A stretch of 64,000 nucleotides of DNA, taken from Flaccisagitta enflata (taxonomy: Eukaryota). A program made the translations under genes and the position numbers. Where the stretch lies: assembly GCA_965153355.1 (NCBI GenBank), contig OZ231126.1, forward strand, positions 21,266,001 to 21,330,000. Direction: 5' to 3'. The notes beneath the pieces are model-generated. The model was not told where the DNA came from. It saw only the letters and a program-made list of their open reading frames with translations, and ran no database searches. Positions 55,817 through 64,000 of the stretch are shown piece by piece (the first letter of the stretch is position 1; every line of letters begins with the position of its first letter).

Positions 55817-57736
55817 AGTAGAAGAAGAAGAAGAAGAAGAAGAAGAGAAGCGAAGAAAAGAGAAGAAAAAATAAGATAAAAAAAAAAAAGAAAAAAAAAA
55901 AAAAAAAAAGGAGAAGAAAGAAGAATTTTGTAATCTCGAGGTTGTCTGGTAAACAAATTTGTCGGACGAAAGTCGAAAGATGCGAAAGCGAGACTAGGAT
56001 AAGCGCCTTCACCCGAGCCAAGTCGGCCAACTTCAAAGTCGGATTGTTTTCGGTACATCATCTTGTGAATTTCAAGGATGTTGTATTCTCTCGTAGTCTT
56101 CTCCACCCTTTTTGGACTCCTCTGCTCCTCCCTTCCCCCTGGGGCTCCATAGTTACTAGTGCCCAGTTTCCAGACTTAAACACAAATTTAAGCATTAAAA
56201 CAAGGCCAAAATCCTTGCCTCCTAATCCTGGCCCAAACCAAAATGTCTGAGCGCAGCAAGGCTCAAATGCCAAATTAAAGTTTCTCATTAAGGCTTTATG
56301 TAACCATTGATAGCTGGAGCTGGATGAGATGTAAAGCCCAAGTGATTGTTCAAATTGAAGGTCCGGTGACCTGAGTATTTTGATCTGACAGTGTGCCTTT
56401 CTACTTAGCTTTTAGCCGCGGACGAGGGACTCTATGTGAGTCTATGTCAATTTGTCTGTTTGTCCCTCTGTCCGTCGTTTGGACAGTAATACCTGCGTTG
56501 AAAAGTGTGAAATGGGCATATTTTTGCCCCTGCCTACTCGTTGGCGACTGACATTGGCCTTGTATCCGGCCTTGTTAACTAACTTCTTCTCAAGTCGCAC
56601 TCGATGCGGTACAAAACATTTCTGTTGATTTGTTTCGGTTTGAAAATGTGTTCTGGCGATCGTCCTGACGTCAAGATGATAGATAACGTTGTAAATGGCT
56701 GTAAAAAACTGAGATAAAAGAAAAAAAGAAGGCAACTTAAAAGGCAAGAAAGTAAACTTGCTCCGAGAATTGAGAGTTTGAGGCTGTAAATCAATTTTAA
56801 AGAAACAACGATGACAAAGCCAAAATAAGGGAAAGATAAAAACAACAACCACAAAAAAAAAACAAGTCCAAATTATTGTACATAAAAAAAACACACTTGA
56901 AATGGAAAGTAATTTCTTTTGAGAACTGCGCAATAAACATGAAATGGAAAATTCATGTGTCAGCTGATTAGGATTATGATTTGCATGATGATATATTCTC
57001 TCAGACTTGTATACACCTTTCAAAAAAAAATAAGGTCATCATGAATACACAGAAAGATATGAGTGTCATTAAAAACGGCTCAAGAAATCCGATCCTCGTT
57101 TTCAACTGATATATATTAGTCCATAAAAAAGAAGGAAAGGATCTTGAGAAGGAAAGAGAGAGAGAGAGAGAGAGAGAAGCCCGAGGAGGGGTCTAATTGG
57201 CGACGCAGTAAAACCAAGTTTTATGCCCCATTTTCTATTGATTTTTAAAGCATCCGAAAAACTCGTCTTTCGTGTGCGTGGAAAAAACTTCGGCAGAAGC
57301 ACAAAAAAGATCTATGAAGAGAGAGATATAAAAAAAAGAGATAGAGATACATAAATGAAGTTGCTTGCCTTTGAATCTCTTGGTATCTGTTCAGTGCTTT
57401 CTATGGATGGGACGTTAGTGGGGATAATTGGTCTGTCGCCTGCGCTGTCTGTATCCACTTATGTGCCTATCTTTGGAATGTTGGTGCAAGTTATTTCATA
57501 TCGATGGTTCATGTCGATATCCGTGAATCGTTTGCTTTAATCTTAAGTGATTCCGTTTTAAGCCGTGTCCCGGCATTCAGCTACTATGAACGCACCATTT
57601 CGCCAAATGGTCAAAAATCGTGGCTAGATAAATCCTGAGCTGTTTGACCCCAAATCTTGTATCATAACGTCATTTCATGTTGAATCTGTTGTCTCCTTCC
57701 AAGGTTATAACTCTATATTTCCTGCTAAACTATAAG

Positions 57737-57769
<33 letters not shown>

Positions 57770-58840
57770 AAGTCGTTGTCATCGACGTCGCCATCATCAT
57801 TATCGTCGTTGTCATCGTATTTTTAGTCATTACCTTCGTTCCTATCGTCATTATCTTGGTCATATGTATGTGCACTCATTGTCATCATCGGGCTCATCAT
57901 GTTTCGAGCTCGTAAACGTCTTCAATATCCGTCGATGGTCCACAATTTTGGATCTCATTCTACCCTTTTCTACTTGTCTTGGCCTCTGCTTCCTCTAGCT
58001 TGCCAGGTTGTTGCGAGGTCCGAGACACGGCATTTGTTGCTTCATCAAATTGTACTTCATTGTTTGTTTTAAGTCCCCAACGAAACACCCGTTACAAAAT
58101 GCAATGTGTCATCATCTTTACATGCTATAAGCAAGCGCAAATGATAATTTTGTGGTCAAATCTGTTTGTTTGTTTTTTTTACAATCATTTCAATCAATCT
58201 CGTTGGATTTTCTCACAAATCCATTTTGTGTCATTTTTCTTTGACTCAAAGGTTCTAGTTTTTTTTTCTTTCAGAATGCTTTTGCAGACATCTGTCAGTT
58301 GAATCAAAGTTTTAAGGTCATTTCTGATGACGTTTCAGGTGACATAGTTCCTGTCATTGATGTCATTGTCAACGTTTTCCCTTTTCCATCATTATCCTTG
58401 TCATAATCCCAAATCCACTGTCATCATTGTCATCATCATTGTCTTTGGCTTCATTGCCATTAATGCCCTGAAATGTCAGTGTCAACTGAGTCTTCTACTT
58501 CTTTCATTTTGCCTCAACTTCCCCCCCCCCATCACTGAAACTTTTTTACCTCCTACTCCGGCCAAGGCCGTCGGCCCATATTCTGCCAATCGACAGTAAA
58601 ACTGTCAGCACAAAGATTCTTTCAATAGATATTAAATCTGGGAATGGAGGAAAAACCGTATGAGAAAAAGAGAGAGACAGAGATTGAGAGAGAATAACAG
58701 GGATATGGCCATTTATGGGGAAAAAGGTTTAGCGGGAAAGCCAGTTGTAGCCACAAAAAATGAATATACAATGGGAAAACGTGTACCAAACCACATCACG
58801 AAAAAAAGGGCATTTGGAACCTTTCTAACCTTCAGTCCCT

Positions 58841-59000
<160 letters not shown>

Positions 59001-59022
59001 ACCTCTCTCTCTCTCTCTCTTT

Positions 59023-59077
<55 letters not shown>

Positions 59078-59078
59078 A

Positions 59079-59124
<46 letters not shown>

Positions 59125-59153
59125 CTTCTCTCTCTCTCTATATATATATATAT

Positions 59154-59215
<62 letters not shown>

Positions 59216-60253
59216 TTTTCTCTCCATCTTTTTTTTCTCCCTCTGCACTTTCACTATAAATCAATCTTAAGCAGACAGTTTTTCTCCTTTTCTCTTTCTC
59301 CCAACGAAAATCTCTCTTTTCGGGGTGTTTAAAACTGTTTTTCATGTAGATTTGCCAGCTTTCCCCGCGACTGTATAACCTTTACTGCTTGGCTGTATAC
59401 AGGTCCTTTTTTTTTCAAAATGGAAATGACAAGTGCTGGTGAGTAAACAAGATATTTACATTTTTGGCTTTTTGCTTATTGACTTTATTTTCAACGTCGC
59501 GACATTAATGTCCGAAAACACATGTGAACAATCGTCATTCGTTACTTTGGGAAAACTATTGTTTACTTAATACGCACATGAAAATTTAAAAATCATGGGT
59601 AGAATAATAATCGGTTTGTTCCTATAATTGGTTTGAATTTCAGCAGAAATTTGGGTTCATCTACCATTTTGAAGATTTTCAAATATTGTGTGAATCTAGA
59701 TGGACTAGAAGTGGTTATACAGTGGAATCTCACCTTTCACCTCTCACCTCTATTTAAACCGAGTCTCCACTAGGTTGAAACAAGCAAGTTAATATCTAAT
59801 AAGACAATTTATCGTGTTTTACATCTCCGTAGTTACTCGGCTCAATACACGATTGAATATACTATTAAAACGCGCTCTAACGGACCCGTCACCATCGAAA
59901 TTCCGCCTATACCAGATGCAAATTCTTGGTCCCTTCAAGGTTATTTCTTTTATTTCCTCTGTTGGCAATAACAGAAGTCCGCCTATAACAGAAGAAAACT
60001 GTTGGTCCCCTGAAATCCGTTAGCGCGGGGTTCAACTGTACGTTTTTAGTCATGGTTTGACGGTTTTGATAAATATGTATTTATTGAAAACGACACCGTT
60101 AACCCGGACGCAAAGACTAAAACAGTTCATAAATTTGATTTAACAAGTCAGAAAACGATCGAATCAAAGAGAGACGCTCTCGTTCATTCTCAACTAACGA
60201 CCCAATGACATACGATTAACAAGATGACAGCTACAGCCTAGGCGAAAATAGAG

Positions 60254-60289
<36 letters not shown>

Positions 60290-60546
60290 AATATAAATCG
60301 GTATCCTGAAAACAACGCAGAAAAGAAAAAAGGTATGCAACTGACGGGAAGACGGACGCCGGGCGGATCAAATATTGACTTATAGAGTCGCGTAGATGTG
60401 ACTTAATGGATGGAAAGGAGAGCAAAAAGACAGATTTCTAAAAAATGAAAGAAAGAAGAAAAGAAAGAAAGAAGGAAAGAAAGAAAGGAAAGAAAAGAAA
60501 AAGAGAAAGTAAACGAAAGTGAGAAAGAAATAAGAAAGCGAGAAAG

Positions 60547-61305
60547 AACAAGGCCGGATACACGGCCATCAGTTGCGGACGGGTGGGCAGGGGCGGAAAT
60601 GCAACTATCCACAACTAAAAATGTTCTAAAACGCCCATTTCCTCACTTTTCGACTTGTGTCCACAGACCGACGGACGGACCGGACCAGCGGACTGGCAAG
60701 GACCGATGGACCGATGGACCGACAGACGGACGGACCAGCCTCTTATAAAGATTATAGAGTTACGTGTCCTGGCCTAAAATAGTCATAAAAGCGTTAGATG
60801 GTCAGCGGTACCCGATGCCCCTATGTGAGCGTTTGTGGGTGTGAGGTGGTTAGAGGGGCAGCGGCCCCAAAGGGACCGATGACCTATGCTGTTTTTATTC
60901 GAATCTTAACAATTGAATTAGAGCCTGGAGGCTATATTTGGGGCCCTAAGGCTGAGATTTGAGCTCTGAGGCTGGGATTTGAGCCTCAAGTCTGGGATTT
61001 GAGCTTGGAGGCTGGAATTTGAGCATGAGGCTAGGATTTGGGAGCTTGGGGCTGTTTGACCTTGGGGCTGGGATTTGAAGTCTTGAGCAGGATTTGGGCT
61101 TTGAGGCTTTGGTTTGACCTTGAGGCTGGAAGTTGAGCCTCAAGGCTGAGATTGAGCCTGAGGCTGGGATTTGAGCCTCATGGCTGGGTTAGCCTCAGAC
61201 AAAATTTGGGCCTAAAGAGGGCAGAGAAAAGAAGGAGAAGAAGGAGAGGAGAATTTCCCTATGTGAGAAAGCATAGGTCATCAGCCCAACCATGACATAT
61301 TTAAC
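60547..61305 (-). mobile_element. Copy-B-specific composite insertion: HINE plus long-IR element with a 20 bp tandem array
   Basis: aacaaggccggatacacggcc start; ggtcagcggtacccgatgccc block; gcctcaaggctgggatttga repeats at 60945-61200. Absent from the matching GAAA tract in copy A (~39820). Confidence 0.7.
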
Positions 61306-61552
61306 AAGAAAGCAAAAAAAAAAAAAAAAAAAAAAAGAAAAGAAAACAAGAAGAAAGCAAAGAAACAAGAAAGCAAGAAAAGAGAGAAAGGTAGGAATAT
61401 AAAGAGAGAAGAAAAAAAAAGAAAAAAGAAAGCAGAAAAAAGAAAGAAAAAGCAAGCAAGCAAGCAAGAAAATAAGAAAGCAAGAAAGCAAGAAAGAAAG
61501 AAAGAAAGAAGGAAAAGAAGAAGAAAGAAAGAAAAAGAAAGAAAGAAAGAAA

Positions 61553-61605
<53 letters not shown>

Positions 61606-61716
61606 AGAGAGAAAGAAAGAAAGAAAGAAAGAAGAAAGAAAGAAGAAAGAAAGAAAGATGAAAGAAAGAAGAAAGGAAAAAAGAAAGAAAGAAGAAAGAA
61701 AGAAGAAAGAAAAAAA

Positions 61717-61797
<81 letters not shown>

Positions 61798-61801
61798 ATA
61801 A

Positions 61802-61872
<71 letters not shown>

Positions 61873-63139
61873 GAAAGGTAGAGACATAGCAAGAGAAATA
61901 GCAAGAATGAAAGAAAGAAAGTAAGAAGAATTCAAGAAAAGATAGAAAGCATCACCGATCAAAAAAGGAAAGAAAGGACGTAACAAAAAGAGCAAACGTT
62001 GGCTCGCGTTACGGCCAAAGTGGGCATTGAGTCGTTGGCCCGGCTTTAAAAATCGCCCTAAAATTTTTTGATGCGACTATTTGGTTTGAAAACGTCGTCG
62101 TAACTGGCGTTCGATTAGGGCATTATTCAGGCATCCATAATAATAACTGAAAAGGTTAGTGCCACGGACGAGGCAATATAGGGGATGTAGAGGCTTGTGG
62201 ACGGGGAGGACGCGGTCTGAGGGTAAGAGGACGCAAGGATATTGACTGATAGTAGTAAGGGGACATCTAATTTAGATATCGTGATTATCATGAATTTTTT
62301 GGTCAATTCACATTTATAGACACTTAATAGGATGATTCAGGTCGATCGCTACCTTCAGATTGCACTTTTGAGCACAATAACCCTGCAAAAATGATGCTAG
62401 ATTTGCCTCAGAATAATCGTTGATGATATGTCTTCACGTTTTAGGCCATATCCCATACATTTTTTAAGATAAATATAAAAAATTGGTGACCAAAATGAAG
62501 AGTTTTAACAGACGAATCGACTGGTACCTTTGGCACGAATATTGGTCCAACCGTTCAAAAGTTATTGCTTACCAAAGGCAAAAAAAGAAATGTAAAACAT
62601 TCAAAATGGGCAAATATTGCAATTTTCAGTACACTATTGATGATTAGTTGCGATTTTTGAGGCCAGCTGCTGGAACATGACCACCGCTAGAGAAAGTATG
62701 GTACCGAGAGCAGTTTCTCACTAAAAACGGGATTGGATATACCTAAAACTGGTAAAAACTAAGCAAAAATGATCATTGGGGAAGGTGCTGTGAGGCCGAA
62801 GACCACAAAACCCCATAAAAAGTAAAGTGTGATGGACAGATGGACTGACGGACCAACAAAGCGGGATGTAGAGTTTCCTAGCATGCGACTAAAAATGTGA
62901 CAGACCGATGGACGGATTTACCGACGGACTGATGGACTGAAGGACTGATAGACTGAAGAACTGACAGACCGATTTTTGGGTTGGAAAACGAACTATGCAG
63001 AATCAAATTTGATCTACGCTAGGTGCGCTTTAATTTTCAGTTTTGCCGCATGTGCAGTGACATCACATGATTTTAAGTCACGTGCGCATGGCACTATGTG
63101 TTGCTCAGTGAGTAGCTTGGATGGTCCGCACAGGCGTTC

Positions 63140-63530
63140 GTTCTCGCATTTGCTCTTGCATTCACATTGCGTTTGCTCTCGCATTTGTTCTCGCGTTTGC
63201 TCTCGCGTCTGCTCTCGTATTTGCTCTCGCTTTTGCTCTTGCCTTTGCTCTCGCATTTGCTCTAGTGTTCACTCTCACCTATGCTCTCGGGTTTGGTCCC
63301 GCGTGTGCTCTCGCGTTTGCTCTTGTGTTCGCTCCCACATTTACTTTTGCGGTTGCTCTCACAGTTGCGCTTGAGTTTTCTCTCACGTTCACGTTTGCTC
63401 TCGCATTTGCCTCAGCTCTCGCCATTGCTTTTGCATTTTTTCTCGCGTTGGCTCTTGCATTTGCTCTCGCATCCGCTCTTGTGTTCACACTTGTGTTCTC
63501 TCCTGCTCTCTCTTGCTCTCGCTTTTGCCC
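63140..63530. repeat. 12 bp minisatellite (tttgctctcgcR)
   Basis: Degenerate tandem units visible; they explain the RICSRVCS and ALAFALAF ORFs. Confidence 0.85.
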
Positions 63531-63603
63531 TATTTATAATTGCTTTTTCGTCTGGGTTTGATGACCCCACAAAAAAAGCTTCACTGTTTGCCGAATTGTT
63601 TCA

Positions 63604-63803
63604 TTTTTAGTCGCGTGCTACGCGACTCTACCGCTATGTCGATCCATCGTTCGGTTGGTCGGTTGGTTGGTCGGTCCCCTTTTTGCACTTTTTGGCGTTT
63701 GGCTTTGAGCATACGGCTCCTGCCCAGATGCCCTAATGACCTTCTCCAGTACTGCTCCTGCCCACTCGCACGCAACTAGGGTAGCCGTGTATCTGGCCTT
63801 GTT
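63604..63803 (+). mobile_element. HINE/Helentron-like element
   Basis: tttttagtcgcgtgctacgcgactcta ... cctgcccactcgcacgcaactagggtagccgtgtatctggccttgtt. Confidence 0.8.
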
Positions 63804-64000
63804 CCCTTAATTTCTTCTTTATTTCCTTCGTTGCTATCTCTCTCTCTCCATCCTTACAAATACATGTCGCTATCTCTCTCTCTCATCGACGATCAAGCAG
63901 TTTAATTTCATGCCGCAAACAGGAGCAATATGTCTTGAACTTTTGGTAGTATCATTTATACAAATGTAGTTTCTGGAATATAGGACGAGGATACGGGGAG

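Noticed and set aside
62976..63610. Cys-rich RICSRVCS and hydrophobic ALAFALAF ORFs
   Set aside because: Products of a 12 bp minisatellite that is open in several frames.

Overview
Animal (probably invertebrate) nuclear DNA, dense in microsatellites (GA, GAA, GAAA, CAA, GACA, GT) and small non-autonomous DNA transposons, mostly Helentron/HINE (DINE-1)-like. No prokaryotic genes, CRISPR array, rRNA or tRNA were recognised, and most ORFs in the track are repeat artefacts. The dominant structure is a direct duplication of about 18-19 kb (copy A ~21505-40930, copy B ~44508-62248) with a ~3.6 kb spacer. Each copy carries one large minus-strand coding exon (24324-25272 and 46451-47399) for an Ala/Gln/His/Pro/Tyr-rich N-terminus typical of a developmental transcription factor. 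By eye the two exons differ by about 10 synonymous and no replacement substitutions. No DNA-binding-domain exon was found, so the gene is not named; GATA4/5/6-like or posterior Hox/ParaHox-like are hypotheses only. Comparing the copies gives exact empty sites for several insertions: a 1191 bp MULE-like element with a 9 bp TSD, HINEs at TT sites and a 162 bp MITE. It also shows a templated 85 bp insertion at the start of copy B. A decayed hAT-related transposase at 624-4065 is split by nested insertions. I cannot tell from sequence alone whether the duplication is real or two haplotypes assembled in tandem. I found no solid evidence for a wholly new biological system.
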